In this document: positions 20,482 through 31,196 of the stretch, piece by piece
Layout of the letters: every line of letters begins with the position of its first letter
Position numbering within the stretch: the stretch's first letter is position 1
From: Calditrichota bacterium
GTDB lineage: Bacteria > Electryoneota > RPQS01
Direction: 5' to 3'
DNA length: 64,000 nucleotides
Assembly: GCA_020637445.1 (NCBI GenBank)
Contig: JACJVZ010000001.1
Location: forward strand, 85,108 to 149,107
Notes under the pieces: generated by a model
Databases searched by the model: none
What the model saw: only the letters and a program-made list of their open reading frames with translations
Told to the model about the DNA's origin: nothing
Program-made: the position numbers and the translations under genes

Positions 20482-20996
20482 TCAATTTCCTTGGTTAATT
20501 CAGGGTTCTCACCCGAATGTTGTGCGGCTACTAACAGCCAGGAATCACAACAAAAAAGACCGAACGGACATGATGCATGTCGTCGATCGGTCTTTCGTCT
20601 ATAGTCTATGGGCGGGCGGCCGAATCGGCACAGCCCTAATTATTGGAGTCTATCAGGAAGCGAATTCCGTGGTTCTTCCGAGTTATTTAGTCGGTTACTG
20701 CAGTAGCCGGAATACCGACCCCTACTATATAGTATACTCAATTTTTCCCGGTTGTCAAGGCAATATTGCCCATTTTTCATCCCAAAATCAAAAAAATTCA
20801 ACTTTTTTCAGCCCATAGACACAGGTTCTCGTCGTTTTTCCCCTTCCACGGGAGCAAACCGCGCCTTGATTTTGAATCAACGAATTTGCACCTTTAATCC
20901 CGCTACGAACACCAAGTCTCTAGCATGGAAGAACCCCTATTAAATCGCACCTGCGATTTTTCGTGTTTTCGGGTACAAGAACTAAAGGAGGCTCCC

Positions 20997-21221
20997 ATGT
21001 TCGAAGACTTCTCGACCATTGAATCCCGCCTAGCTCCACACATTGTAAACGCTGTGTGTGATCTGCCTTCACTTTCCCATGCCGACATGTGGTTCCCTTG
21101 CTGCAACGGACAGCTGTTTCGAATGATCGAATGGACGGCAGTGTACTTGGATCGATTGGAGAACGGCCAGCCGGTAGAACAGAGTTCGCTTATCGGCCAC
21201 CCTGTATCCGGTCGTGGCTAA
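20997..21221 (+). CDS. Small hypothetical protein (74 aa)
   Basis: Strong SD AAAGGAGG 6 nt before ATG 20997. Followed directly by a terminator. Confidence 0.4.
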   Translation: MFEDFSTIESRLAPHIVNAVCDLPSLSHADMWFPCCNGQLFRMIEWTAVYLDRLENGQPVEQSSLIGHPVSGRG

Positions 21222-21241
21222 AAACTACAGCAACACACTGA

Positions 21242-21268
21242 AGCCAGTATTACTGCTGGCTTTTTTTG
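21242..21268 (+). terminator. Rho-independent terminator
   Basis: AGCCAG...CTGGCT hairpin followed by TTTTTTT. Confidence 0.55.
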
Positions 21269-21750
21269 TTCTCTGCGGATAGGTGCGAAGATATGTTCGC
21301 ACTTTCATAGCCCGGCGTTCTTTTTGTTCTCGTCGCGACCTCTCCTGATTCTTACCCCAGTTGGAGAGTGTCTGCTTCAAAAGATGTTCAATTTCGGGCG
21401 ATCGGATTTCCAACGTGCTCCCGCCTGGGAAAACTTGTCCTAGGGCAAATATGAAGGCCCGAGCCTCGGGACCTTAGGGGGCCTACCGGAGCGAAAATTC
21501 GGATAGACTCCTTAGATGCTGTAAGTTATAGGCTTAGAGAGTGGGCGGGAATCGACGAACTCGGAGTTGCCCTCGCCCCAAATTCCGACGCCGCCCGACG
21601 CTCCCGGTCGTTCAAACCACTAACTTATCCAGACTTATTCAATCCGGCTCAGATTCACCCAACATGCCGTGAACTGTTGAATTAGCACCAATGTATTTGT
21701 AGATTGAGGAGTTACGGTCCCACCTTCTTCAAGCCCTGCCATTTCACCCA

Positions 21751-24417
21751 ATGAAACAAGATAAAATAACGCTCTCGCAACTGGAGAGCTTTCTCTTTAA
21801 GGCTGCGGATATTCTTCGTGGCAAGATGGACGCTTCCGAATTCAAAGAGTTTATTTTCGGAATGCTTTTCATCAAACGAATGTCTGACGAGTTCGATCGA
21901 AAACGAGCTGAACTTCGCCGGCAGTACAAGCACTTACCTGCCGATAAGCTGGAATCACTTCTCGAAGACAAGACTTCCTACGGCGATACGTTCTTCGTTC
22001 CCAAGCGCGCCCGCTGGAGTGAAGAATGGGTAGACGAAAATGGTAAGCAAGTCCCCGCACTAAAGCACCTCAAGGAAGACATTGGAGCAATGCTGAACAA
22101 AGCATTGGCGGCTATCGAGGAAGCAAACGATGCCCTGTACGGTGTATTGAAATCCAATATCGTATTTACATCGGGCAAAGGCAAAGAAGGTAAGACTAAA
22201 GTTAGTGATAGTCAGTGGAAAGACCTACTCGATCACTTCAATGATCCGAAGTTTGTGCTGGTCAACGAAAACTTCGAATTTCCTGATCTGCTCGGTGCGG
22301 CGTACGAATATTTGATTAAGTACTTTGCAGACAGTGCCGGTAAAAAGGGCGGCGAATTCTATACGCCCGGCGAAGTAGTTCGATTGTTAATCCAGCTGGT
22401 TCGCCCACAATCCGGAATGACTATTTATGACCCCACGGCTGGCAGTGGTGGCTTTCTGATTCAATCACATCAGTATATCGAGGAGCAAGGGCAAAACCCG
22501 GAAGACATTTTTCTTTACGGCCAAGAATCGAATGGTACAACTTGGTCAATCAGCCAGATGAACATGATTCTGCACAATATCACGAAGTTCCTTATTGAGA
22601 ACGATGATACATTGCAGAATCCCTTGCATCTCGACGGAAATCAAATTAAGAAATTCGATATCGTGCTGGCAAACCCGCCGTTCTCGCAGAACTACAGTCG
22701 TACAGACATGAAGTTTGAAAGCAGGTTCCGCGAGTTCTGTCCTGAAAAAGGTAAGAAGGCTGATTTGATGTTCGTTCAGCATATGGCGGCGAGCTTGAAG
22801 TCTAAAGGACGAATGGCGACCATTATGCCTCACGGCGTTCTGTTTCGTGGCGGCAAAGAGAAGATCATTCGAAAGCTACTAATTGACGACAATATCATCG
22901 AAGCAATCATAAGTTTGCCTCCTGCACTTTTTTACGGTACCGGGATTCCTGCCTGCGTCCTGGTTATCAACCGAAACAAACCGGACACGATGCAGGACAA
23001 GATTCTGTTCATCAATGCCGACGCGGAATACGGTGAAGGGAAAGTTCAAAACAAGCTTCGCCCTGAAGACGTAGAGAAGATTGATTACGTCTTCACCAAC
23101 AAGCTTGAGATTCCTAAATACTCCCGTTTGGTAACTAAGGAAGAGATAATCAACACGCACGACCTGAACTTGAACATTCGCCGATATGTGGACAATACGC
23201 CTGATCCTGAACCCGAAGATGTGCAGGCGCATCTGATTGGTGGCGTGCCGATCCCAGAAGTCGAGGCACTCCAACCCATATACGACAAATTCAAATTCAA
23301 TCCCGAAGTCATTTTTCAGCCGGACCGGGAAGGCTATTTGGCGTTTCGTGCTGAGATAGATGGTAAGTCAAAGATCCGCGAATTGGTTGATGCGGACCCA
23401 GGAGTCCAAGAAACGCTGCAGGCCATGCATTCAGCGATTGAAGAGTGGTGGGACGTGGCGAAGGCGGACTTCGTGAAACTTGAAAATGACCGAAATAGTC
23501 TGCCAACGGTTCGCAAGGAACTCTTGGACCAAATCAAAAACAAGTTGATTCCTTTGGGAGTTCTCGATCAATTCCAAGCGGCGGGTGTGTTCGTCAACTG
23601 GTGGACGAAAATTCGCTACGACTTGAAGACGATCAGCAATCTCGGCTGGGTGCACATCCTGCTACCGGACGATTATCTAGTTCGCGAGTTCTTCCAGACC
23701 GAGCAAGACGAATTGGATCAACTTGACTCCTCGCTTAATGAAGAAGAAGCCACTCTTCAGGAAGCAGTCGAAGCCGTAGAATACGAACCCGACGAAGACG
23801 AAAAGGTGACGGCGACCGTAGTCAAGGGCTATCTAAAAGATACGATAGAGGATCTGGAAGATTCGACCGATGAGGCGGCCATTGCCGAACGATCTATGCT
23901 TGAAACACAACTTGCTGCAATCAAAACAAGCGAAAGTGCAATCAAGCAGTTAAAGATAGACATTAAGGAGAAGCAATCCGAGCTTGAGGAAAAGCTGGAG
24001 TTCAAGCGAAACGGGATTGATGACACAAAGATTGGACTGGAATCGCTACTGCTGCAAATTGATAAAGAACTGTCGACGATGAATCCCGAATCGAGGGCGA
24101 ATCAGAGAAAGATAAGTGCACTGGAAAGCGACAAGAAGAATATAGAGGCTCGAATTGCAGGACTTGAAGTACAACTCGCAGCCATCGGAGGGATAATATC
24201 AGCTGATCAATGCGAAGCTCTAATTCTGAAGAAACTGCATGATTTTGTAGACACCGAGCTTGGCAGATACCTCGCGGAAGCAATAAGAACGTTAGTCTCT
24301 AAATGTGAGAATTTGTATTCAAAATATGCATTCGACTTTGGCTCGTTAGCTGACAACAGTCAGCAAATTCAAGAAAGCATGGCACAAGTCTTTGTGGATT
24401 TGGGGTACAGGCCGTGA
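21751..24417 (+). CDS. hsdM: Type I restriction-modification N6-adenine methyltransferase HsdM, unusually long (888 aa) with a ~350-aa coiled-coil-like E/K/L-rich C-terminal extension
   Basis: HsdM_N-type start ([41 protein letters not shown]). Catalytic NPPF motif ([10 protein letters not shown]). AdoMet-binding region ([11 protein letters not shown]). Overlaps hsdS by ATGA. Confidence 0.85.
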   Translation: MKQDKITLSQLESFLFKAADILRGKMDASEFKEFIFGMLFIKRMSDEFDRKRAELRRQYKHLPADKLESLLEDKTSYGDTFFVPKRARWSEEWVDENGKQVPALKHLKEDIGAMLNKALAAIEEANDALYGVLKSNIVFTSGKGKEGKTKVSDSQWKDLLDHFNDPKFVLVNENFEFPDLLGAAYEYLIKYFADSAGKKGGEFYTPGEVVRLLIQLVRPQSGMTIYDPTAGSGGFLIQSHQYIEEQGQNPEDIFLYGQESNGTTWSISQMNMILHNITKFLIENDDTLQNPLHLDGNQIKKFDIVLANPPFSQNYSRTDMKFESRFREFCPEKGKKADLMFVQHMAASLKSKGRMATIMPHGVLFRGGKEKIIRKLLIDDNIIEAIISLPPALFYGTGIPACVLVINRNKPDTMQDKILFINADAEYGEGKVQNKLRPEDVEKIDYVFTNKLEIPKYSRLVTKEEIINTHDLNLNIRRYVDNTPDPEPEDVQAHLIGGVPIPEVEALQPIYDKFKFNPEVIFQPDREGYLAFRAEIDGKSKIRELVDADPGVQETLQAMHSAIEEWWDVAKADFVKLENDRNSLPTVRKELLDQIKNKLIPLGVLDQFQAAGVFVNWWTKIRYDLKTISNLGWVHILLPDDYLVREFFQTEQDELDQLDSSLNEEEATLQEAVEAVEYEPDEDEKVTATVVKGYLKDTIEDLEDSTDEAAIAERSMLETQLAAIKTSESAIKQLKIDIKEKQSELEEKLEFKRNGIDDTKIGLESLLLQIDKELSTMNPESRANQRKISALESDKKNIEARIAGLEVQLAAIGGIISADQCEALILKKLHDFVDTELGRYLAEAIRTLVSKCENLYSKYAFDFGSLADNSQQIQESMAQVFVDLGYRP

Positions 24418-25715
24418 TCGATTGTGAACACTGGGACGAGCGTCCAATTACCGATTTAGCTGACTTCATTGACGGATACGCGTTTGCGCCCGACGATTGG
24501 AGTAGGGAAGGTCTGCCTATCATTCGAATCGAACAACTTCGGAATTTTGATTCAGTTAGTGATTGGTATAGTGGAACATTGCCTATTGAAAATATTATCG
24601 AGAATGGCGATCTAATATTCTCCTGGAGTGCATCGCTCTTCTTAAAGATTTGGTCCCACGGAAAGGCAGCCCTTAATCAGCACCTTTTCAAAGTCGTGGA
24701 GCATGATGGTGTTGACCGACTGTATCTAAAGTACCTGATTGAATACAATTTGCCGCGACTTAAGAATGCGTCTCACGGGTCGACGATGCAACATGTCACT
24801 AGACGTGAGTTGCGGCAGTTTTTGGTTAGATATCCAATCAAAGAGTCAGAACAAGCCCTGATTGCTGCTTTGCTTCAAACCGTGGACAAAGCCATTGAGC
24901 AAACAGAAGCGATGATTGCCAAGCAAGAGCGAATCAAGACTGGATTGATGCAGGATCTGCTTACGAAAGGGATTGATAAGCACGGCAACATCCGCTCTGA
25001 AGCCACACACAAATTCAAGGACTCGCCGCTGGGCAGGATTCCGGAAGAATGGGAATGCGATGCCTTGGGTGCATATCTGAATTCTGGCGGAGGGTTTATT
25101 CAAACGGGACCATTCGGGAGCCAACTTCATTCCTATGAATACGTCGATGAAGGGATTCCGGTTGTAATGCCTCAAGATATGCTTGATGACGAGATCAGCC
25201 TGAAGTCTATTGCCCTCATAACTCCTAAGCGCGCGAAGGATCTTTCGCGACACAAAGTGGAAGTGAACGATGTTCTCTTTGCCCGCCGCGGCGAGCTAGA
25301 TAGATGTGCAGCAATCTATGAGAGAGAACAAGGCTGGATTTGTGGAACGGGATGCTTACTAATGCGGATGGCACGATCAAATCTTAATCCAACATGGGTG
25401 ACAATGACCTACAAGCATCACCGAATACAGAGACAAGTGCTTGCGCACGCTGTCGGATCTACAATGATAAACCTTAATCAAGGACTGCTTAAGGATCTCT
25501 CATTTCCGCGTCCAAGCCTTGCGGAACAACATGAGATCTGCCTAAGATTATCGACCTTTGACGCCTCGCTGTCTGGCCAGCATGTACTGCTCGGCAAATT
25601 GCAGTTACTTAAGTTAGGCCTCATGCAAGACCTTCTATCCGGCAAGGTCCCCGTTACGCATCTTCTAAAGCAAAGTGGTTCCGCAGATGTGGAGAATGTC
25701 GCATGCCCCGCGTAG
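24414..25715 (+). CDS. hsdS: Type I restriction-modification specificity subunit HsdS (two target-recognition domains)
   Basis: 433 aa with two repeated TRD halves separated by a conserved helical spacer ([11 protein letters not shown]... and [11 protein letters not shown]...). Lies between hsdM and hsdR with overlapping stops and starts. Confidence 0.8.
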   Translation: MIDCEHWDERPITDLADFIDGYAFAPDDWSREGLPIIRIEQLRNFDSVSDWYSGTLPIENIIENGDLIFSWSASLFLKIWSHGKAALNQHLFKVVEHDGVDRLYLKYLIEYNLPRLKNASHGSTMQHVTRRELRQFLVRYPIKESEQALIAALLQTVDKAIEQTEAMIAKQERIKTGLMQDLLTKGIDKHGNIRSEATHKFKDSPLGRIPEEWECDALGAYLNSGGGFIQTGPFGSQLHSYEYVDEGIPVVMPQDMLDDEISLKSIALITPKRAKDLSRHKVEVNDVLFARRGELDRCAAIYEREQGWICGTGCLLMRMARSNLNPTWVTMTYKHHRIQRQVLAHAVGSTMINLNQGLLKDLSFPRPSLAEQHEICLRLSTFDASLSGQHVLLGKLQLLKLGLMQDLLSGKVPVTHLLKQSGSADVENVACPA

Positions 25716-28700
25716 ACCGCACGCCAGCCTATATTAAGATTGACGAGAAGAACCACGTCGAAGTGCCGTTTCTTGCACAGCTTGAGGGATTGGGATGGGA
25801 CGTAATACGGCTGGAGATGAAAGATCAAAAGCCCAAAGATACTTGGCGGACCGATTTTTCCGAAGTAATTCTCGAACCTGTACTAAGGCAATCGCTGAAG
25901 AAGATCAATCCGTGGATCGAAGACGATCAGGTTGACGACGTAATTCGCAGGCTGACCAGTTACACAGCGTCTGGGTTGCTAGACAATAACCGGCGGATTC
26001 TGGCGATGCTGTTGGAGAATATGTCGGTATCTGAAAATCGCAAGACCGGCGATCCTGATCCCACGGTCCGAATCATAGATTTTGAAAACAGGGACAACAA
26101 CTCCTTCATCGCTGTTTCGCAGCCCAAGTTTCGAGTGCCTGCCACGGAGCACCACATCTTTCCCGACATCGTGCTCTTCGTGAACGGTCTGCCCGTCGTG
26201 CTGGTCGAATGCAAATCCCCAAAGGTCAAGGAACCGATCCCCGAAGCGATAGACCAGATGATGCGCTACAGCCAACAACGAGGCGAAGAGAAAGAAGGCG
26301 TTCCGCAGCTCTTCTATTTCAATCAGTTCATTGTTGCCACCTGCCGCCAGCAAGCGAAGTTTGGAACCATCACAACGCACACAGAGCGCCACTTCTACCG
26401 CTGGACCGATCCCTACCCCAAAAGCCTGAACGATTTGGAGCACGGCGCCAGCAGCCCCAATGACCAGCAACGCTTGGTGGCCGGTATGTTGGACAAGGAT
26501 AACCTGCTTAGCCTGATACGGACGTTTACGCTGTTCAAGACCAACGACAAAGGCAAGTTGATCAAAGTCGTCGGCCGCTACCAGCAATTTCGTGCGGTCA
26601 AGAAAGCCGTCGGCCGTTTGCTGACGGGCACAAACCGGCAGGAACGCAGTGGTATTATTTGGCATACCCAAGGATCTGGCAAGTCCCTGACAATGATGTT
26701 CATGGTACGCGAAATGTACCGCCATCCTGAGCTTTCTAAATGGAAAGTTGTCTTTGTCACGGACCGTACGCAGCTGGAACAACAGTTACGCGAGACAAGT
26801 CAGAGTATCGGCTTCACGGTCAAGCCTGCGGACTCGATAGCGAAATTGAAGGAGTTGCTGCCGACTGATTCTTCTGACCTGATCATGGCGATGATCCACA
26901 AGTTTCAGGAAAGGGAGTTACAAGAGGCCTTCCCTGAGCTGAACACGAGTCAGAATGTGCTTGTAATGACAGACGAAGCACACCGGTCGCAATACAAGCT
27001 GCTTGGGGCGAACTTGGATCGAGCACTCCCCAATGCGACGAAAATCGGATATACAGGCACGCCTATCGATAGGACCGAACAGGTGTTTGGCGACTACATT
27101 GACAAGTATACGATGCGGGAAGCCATCGAAGACGGTGTAACACTTTCCATCGTGTACGAAGGCAGAACGCACAATGCAGAAGTTGACGACGCCGAAGCGA
27201 TGGATACGGACTTTCAAGATGTTTTCAGCGATTGCAAGATCGACGAGCGCCTAAAAATTCTGGGCTATTCATCACGCCTGGCGTATCTTGAAGCTGAACC
27301 AACCATCACAGCCAAAGCGAAGGACATGGTGAAGCACTATGTTTCGCAGGTCTTTCCCAATGGATTTAAGGCACAGGTGGTTGCTGTTTCCCAAGAGGCC
27401 GCCGTTCGCTACAAGAAAGCTCTTGAATCGGCCTTGCAAGGCATGATAGAAGGACTGGAAAAGCATAACCCGCGCAAAATCAACATTGAGCGACTAAAGC
27501 AGCTCAAAGTTGAAGTTGTGATATCGGGAGGCCACAACGATCTGCCGCACATTAAGGAACATGCAGACTCATCTAAACACAAGACACATATTAAGAGCTT
27601 TACACTGCCCTTCGACACGGAAGACGAAGGCGTCAAAGGCGACGTTGGAATCCTGGTTGTAATGAATATGCTGATTACCGGATTCGATGCACCCATCGAG
27701 CAGGTAATGTACCTCGACCGTGTCATCACGGACCATAATTTGCTTCAGGCTATCGCCCGAGTTAATCGCGTAGGTGAAGAAGGCAAAGACAAAGGGTTTG
27801 TTGTAGATTACGTAGGTGTCGGCCATCATTTGAAGGACGCGATAAAGAGCTACGACGAGCGTGAACAGGCAGAGGTCGTGAAATGCTTGTCTACGCCAGC
27901 AGAAGAACTAAATGAACTCGTCGCGGCAAGCAATAGCCTGAAAGAAATGCTTGCAAAGCACGGATTGACGAACCTGTCTGATCACGATGCCTTCTTCGAC
28001 CTCTTTTACGACGAAGACGTTAGATATGATTATCTTGAGGCCTTCAAGAAGCTTACAAAGAGTTTGAACTTAGTGTTTCCGCGCAAAGAAGCGCTCGAAT
28101 ATCTTAACGAGTATCAGTCATTATCCGAGATTAATGCGCTTGCCGCTTCTCACCTGAACGACGACCGTCTTAGTTTGAAGGGCGTCCCCGCGAAGTTAAG
28201 AAGAATTACGGATGCGCATCTTGTTTCAAAAGGCATCGAACAGAAGGTCGCGCCTATTTCCATTTTTGATGACTCGTTTATCGAAAACGTCAAGAAGCGC
28301 AGTCGGGCAAAGACAAAAGCCGCTGAAGTGGAACATGCGATTCGTCACCACATTGAAGTGAACATAAATGACGACCCAGAGCTATATGCTTCTTTCGCAG
28401 AGGCGCTAGAGCGCATTTTCCAAGACTTCAAGGACAACTGGCAGGCAATTTTCGAGGAGCTAGAGAAGCTAAGAGCGAGAATAAGAAATCTGCCGCAGCC
28501 ACCTGCCGGGCTGACCCGAAAGAAACACATGCCATTCTTCCGAATTCTTGCAAGAGAAATCTACGGAAAACGTTTTGGCGATGACACATTTACAGATGAA
28601 GAAGAAGACAATTTAGTCGAGCTCACACACGAAGTTGTTGAGACAATCGTCCGTGAAACCAAACTAATCGGCTTTTGGGATAGCACTCCTTCACAGAACA

Positions 28701-28840
28701 GGCTTGAAGCCGACCTTCAGGGGATACTGTTGTCTGAGCGGTTTAGCAAGTTGCCCAACGTTTTGGATAACTGGAAACCGATTAGATCGCGGCTCATGGA
28801 GAAAGCCTATACTTCTCGCGACATTTTGTCGTACGCCTAG
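25703..28840 (+). CDS. hsdR: Type I restriction enzyme endonuclease/helicase subunit HsdR
   Basis: N-terminal PD-(D/E)xK region (VLVECKSPKV). SF2 helicase motifs (GSGKSLTMMF; DEAH box MTDEAHRSQY). 1045 aa. Confidence 0.85.
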   Translation: MPRVDRTPAYIKIDEKNHVEVPFLAQLEGLGWDVIRLEMKDQKPKDTWRTDFSEVILEPVLRQSLKKINPWIEDDQVDDVIRRLTSYTASGLLDNNRRILAMLLENMSVSENRKTGDPDPTVRIIDFENRDNNSFIAVSQPKFRVPATEHHIFPDIVLFVNGLPVVLVECKSPKVKEPIPEAIDQMMRYSQQRGEEKEGVPQLFYFNQFIVATCRQQAKFGTITTHTERHFYRWTDPYPKSLNDLEHGASSPNDQQRLVAGMLDKDNLLSLIRTFTLFKTNDKGKLIKVVGRYQQFRAVKKAVGRLLTGTNRQERSGIIWHTQGSGKSLTMMFMVREMYRHPELSKWKVVFVTDRTQLEQQLRETSQSIGFTVKPADSIAKLKELLPTDSSDLIMAMIHKFQERELQEAFPELNTSQNVLVMTDEAHRSQYKLLGANLDRALPNATKIGYTGTPIDRTEQVFGDYIDKYTMREAIEDGVTLSIVYEGRTHNAEVDDAEAMDTDFQDVFSDCKIDERLKILGYSSRLAYLEAEPTITAKAKDMVKHYVSQVFPNGFKAQVVAVSQEAAVRYKKALESALQGMIEGLEKHNPRKINIERLKQLKVEVVISGGHNDLPHIKEHADSSKHKTHIKSFTLPFDTEDEGVKGDVGILVVMNMLITGFDAPIEQVMYLDRVITDHNLLQAIARVNRVGEEGKDKGFVVDYVGVGHHLKDAIKSYDEREQAEVVKCLSTPAEELNELVAASNSLKEMLAKHGLTNLSDHDAFFDLFYDEDVRYDYLEAFKKLTKSLNLVFPRKEALEYLNEYQSLSEINALAASHLNDDRLSLKGVPAKLRRITDAHLVSKGIEQKVAPISIFDDSFIENVKKRSRAKTKAAEVEHAIRHHIEVNINDDPELYASFAEALERIFQDFKDNWQAIFEELEKLRARIRNLPQPPAGLTRKKHMPFFRILAREIYGKRFGDDTFTDEEEDNLVELTHEVVETIVRETKLIGFWDSTPSQNRLEADLQGILLSERFSKLPNVLDNWKPIRSRLMEKAYTSRDILSYA

Positions 28841-28845
28841 TTACA

Positions 28846-29520
28846 ATGACAATCACATACGAAACGCGACACTCAAAACGCAAAACCATTTCGATAACCG
28901 TCGAACGGGACCGTTCCGTAGTGGTACATGCGCCATTGGGTACGACAAAGGGAGCCATCGACCGTATTGTCGAAAAGAAGAAGTCATGGATAAAGGAAAA
29001 ACTCCGGCATCCCTTGAAGTATGACAATGAAAAGCGACCTGTTGAATTTGTTTCAGGCGAATCTGTGTACTACATGGGCAGAGAATATCGACTTGAAATT
29101 CGCAAGGGCGGCAACGAGACAATCGAAATTCAAGGGTCATTCATTGTTACAAGTTCAAGTAGGGAGCGTGCACGAGAAGTATTTCGCAATTGGTGCAAGT
29201 CCGAGGCTCGCGAGAGATTCGTGCCACGCGTCCACGAAATTGCGAAACGACTCGGAGTTTTACCAAGCCGCGTATCGATCACGGACTCCAAATACAGGTG
29301 GGGATCCTGCACTCCGAAAGGTACTGTAACTCTAAATTGGAGACTTGTGAAAGCTCCCCCTACAGTAGTTGATTACGTGATAGTACACGAATTAGCGCAT
29401 CTCAAAGAACTCAATCACTCTCCGGACTTTTGGACGATCGTAAAGACGCACGCCCCGAAACAGAGAGAAGCGAGGGAGTGGCTGAAGCAGCACGGAAGTG
29501 CTCTGGAAGCAAATTTCTAA
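28846..29520 (+). CDS. Zinc-dependent metallopeptidase/hydrolase of the YgjP/DUF45 (M48-like) family, commonly linked to type I R-M loci
   Basis: HExxH motif VIVHELAHLKELNHSPDFW. 224 aa. Lies 6 nt after the hsdR stop. Confidence 0.65.
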   Translation: MTITYETRHSKRKTISITVERDRSVVVHAPLGTTKGAIDRIVEKKKSWIKEKLRHPLKYDNEKRPVEFVSGESVYYMGREYRLEIRKGGNETIEIQGSFIVTSSSRERAREVFRNWCKSEARERFVPRVHEIAKRLGVLPSRVSITDSKYRWGSCTPKGTVTLNWRLVKAPPTVVDYVIVHELAHLKELNHSPDFWTIVKTHAPKQREAREWLKQHGSALEANF

Positions 29521-29635
29521 TACGCTGCTCCATACACGAGCATCATACAAAAGTATCTCATCGCATGAAAATGCCAAAACTCATACATGATTTCGCAACA
29601 CCGATTCTCGGTTAATCACCGAGGACAGAGTACCT

Positions 29636-30919
29636 GTGAAGCTGCGAAATGTTTCGTTTACAGTTTGGCTCCAGAGCCACAGCAAGAAGGACCCCGAGGA
29701 GAAATGGCTTCGCGAACTTTACCCGTGGCCAGTACTTGCGCAAGTAGACTACGATGAAAGGCAAATTGGCAAGCCCCAAGTAATTGAATTTGATGGTGCC
29801 GGGTACTTGATTACTCTAGAGTCCATGAAATGGCAACCGACGCATGGCACCTATAGGTATCGTTTACACGTTGAGTCAGACGGGCTTGGGTGGCACGCAA
29901 GATCGTATTCAGATAGGTTTGATTTGTGCGCAACTCCGGACGGCTTGTTTGTGACACTTTTTCACACAAGCAGACAAGAGCCACTCGAAAGAATTGCGAG
30001 GGCGTTCTTTGCGCGCCGATGGGAAGATATTAATCCAAGGTTGTTCGAGAATCTTGCTGTATCTCGATTTCTAGCTGCAAGCATCGTTGCACAAATAGTA
30101 GAAGACCTTTCTTGGGAGATTCCGCTTACGCACTACCCAAACGCACGTCTTTCAGGAACTGTGGCGCCAATGTTCGCAAACGGCAACAACTTATGGCTGG
30201 GGTATCGCTTCTTGTCGGAAACTGCTTACGCATGGGCGCGAACGGCCGCCTTGATGTCCCAGCAAGTAGTTGCTTTGTACTTCGCTGATACGAAGTACCA
30301 GTACAAAGTCGATTTGCCACAAAATGCCAGAGTCTTGTCAGTCGTTGAAATGGATAAGAACGAGCTCGGAGGTCGCTACCACGACTACATACGCATTCTC
30401 CTGCGAGGATTAGAGCTACCTAATGGCGTTTCAAATATCGACCTACTCAGTTCCATAGTTGAGGGACGGATTGAGTCTCCTCCGATCTCAATCTCGGAGG
30501 CAGATGTAAACGAGTCACTAGCGGCCCTAAAGTGTCCTTGTTTCTCAAAGTCTGAGCTCCGCTATCAACTTGCCGCTGCAGTTGTTCTGAACGCATGGAT
30601 CGAAGCAGAACGACTCCTAGGCTTTGTTAAGCGGAAGAAATTCTATGCCTTTAAGCAAAAGGTTGGTACGCTAGCGCGGTGGGCCAGTGAGTTCAGTCCT
30701 CCAGGTGTACAAGTGTGGACAGAGGTCATTGACAAGGATCATGGAGCAGTTGTCTACATTCGAATCGACAACGTCGACTTTAGCTTTCATGCAATTCCAA
30801 GTCAAGACAAGTGGAGCAACTCAAAAACGCCTACACCTGCTTGGAGCGGTGTTCGCTTGAAGCCCATTGCTCCTATCGTCTTAAAGTGGGCCAGATCAAT
30901 GCGTGATTCAAACGTCTAA
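29636..30919 (+). CDS. Hypothetical protein (427 aa; GTG start)
   Basis: Long ORF with no motif I can assign. Lies between the peptidase gene and repeat copy 1. Confidence 0.45.
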   Translation: MKLRNVSFTVWLQSHSKKDPEEKWLRELYPWPVLAQVDYDERQIGKPQVIEFDGAGYLITLESMKWQPTHGTYRYRLHVESDGLGWHARSYSDRFDLCATPDGLFVTLFHTSRQEPLERIARAFFARRWEDINPRLFENLAVSRFLAASIVAQIVEDLSWEIPLTHYPNARLSGTVAPMFANGNNLWLGYRFLSETAYAWARTAALMSQQVVALYFADTKYQYKVDLPQNARVLSVVEMDKNELGGRYHDYIRILLRGLELPNGVSNIDLLSSIVEGRIESPPISISEADVNESLAALKCPCFSKSELRYQLAAAVVLNAWIEAERLLGFVKRKKFYAFKQKVGTLARWASEFSPPGVQVWTEVIDKDHGAVVYIRIDNVDFSFHAIPSQDKWSNSKTPTPAWSGVRLKPIAPIVLKWARSMRDSNV

Positions 30920-31035
30920 TGTCTTGGCTAAGAAGAACTTTGCTTCTGATCGAGAAGTGGCGGGTGCTTTATACCACGGTTAGACCACATAACACACTGG
31001 GCTATCCGCCACCCGCGCCGGAAGCAGAAAACAAT

Positions 31036-31113
31036 AGCTTCCGTCTCCGCCAAGCTGCGACGGAAGTAACCAAGTGTAATCCTACAACTGGTACAGAGAA
31101 TGGGGGCAGACCA
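31036..31113 (+). repeat. Direct repeat copy 1 (hairpin CTTCCGTC/GACGGAAG followed by the core TAATCCTACAACTGGTACAGA...GGGCAGACCA)
   Basis: Homologous over ~85 bp to 37527-37599. The hairpin has compensatory substitutions relative to copy 2. Contains a 21/21-nt identical core. Confidence 0.7.
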
Positions 31114-31196
31114 TTGTGACCTTCGTTTGGACCAAAAACTCACTGAAGATACAAAGCGAGAGTAAGGCATAGCCTACAATCAATAGAGGGCATTCT

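Noticed and set aside
25979-26782. 267-aa minus-strand ORF inside hsdR. Similar long antisense ORFs lie at 56347-57069 (inside the OmpA gene), 48849-49847 (inside hppA), 52703-53224, and 60549-61187 and 61925-62773 (inside the BNR-protein gene).
   Set aside because: They are antisense to strongly supported genes in GC-rich DNA. They have low-complexity, Arg-rich translations and are typical spurious ORFs.
30919-31119. 66-aa ORF overlapping direct-repeat copy 1
   Set aside because: It lies over the conserved hairpin and core repeat, has no RBS, and an equivalent ORF is absent at copy 2.
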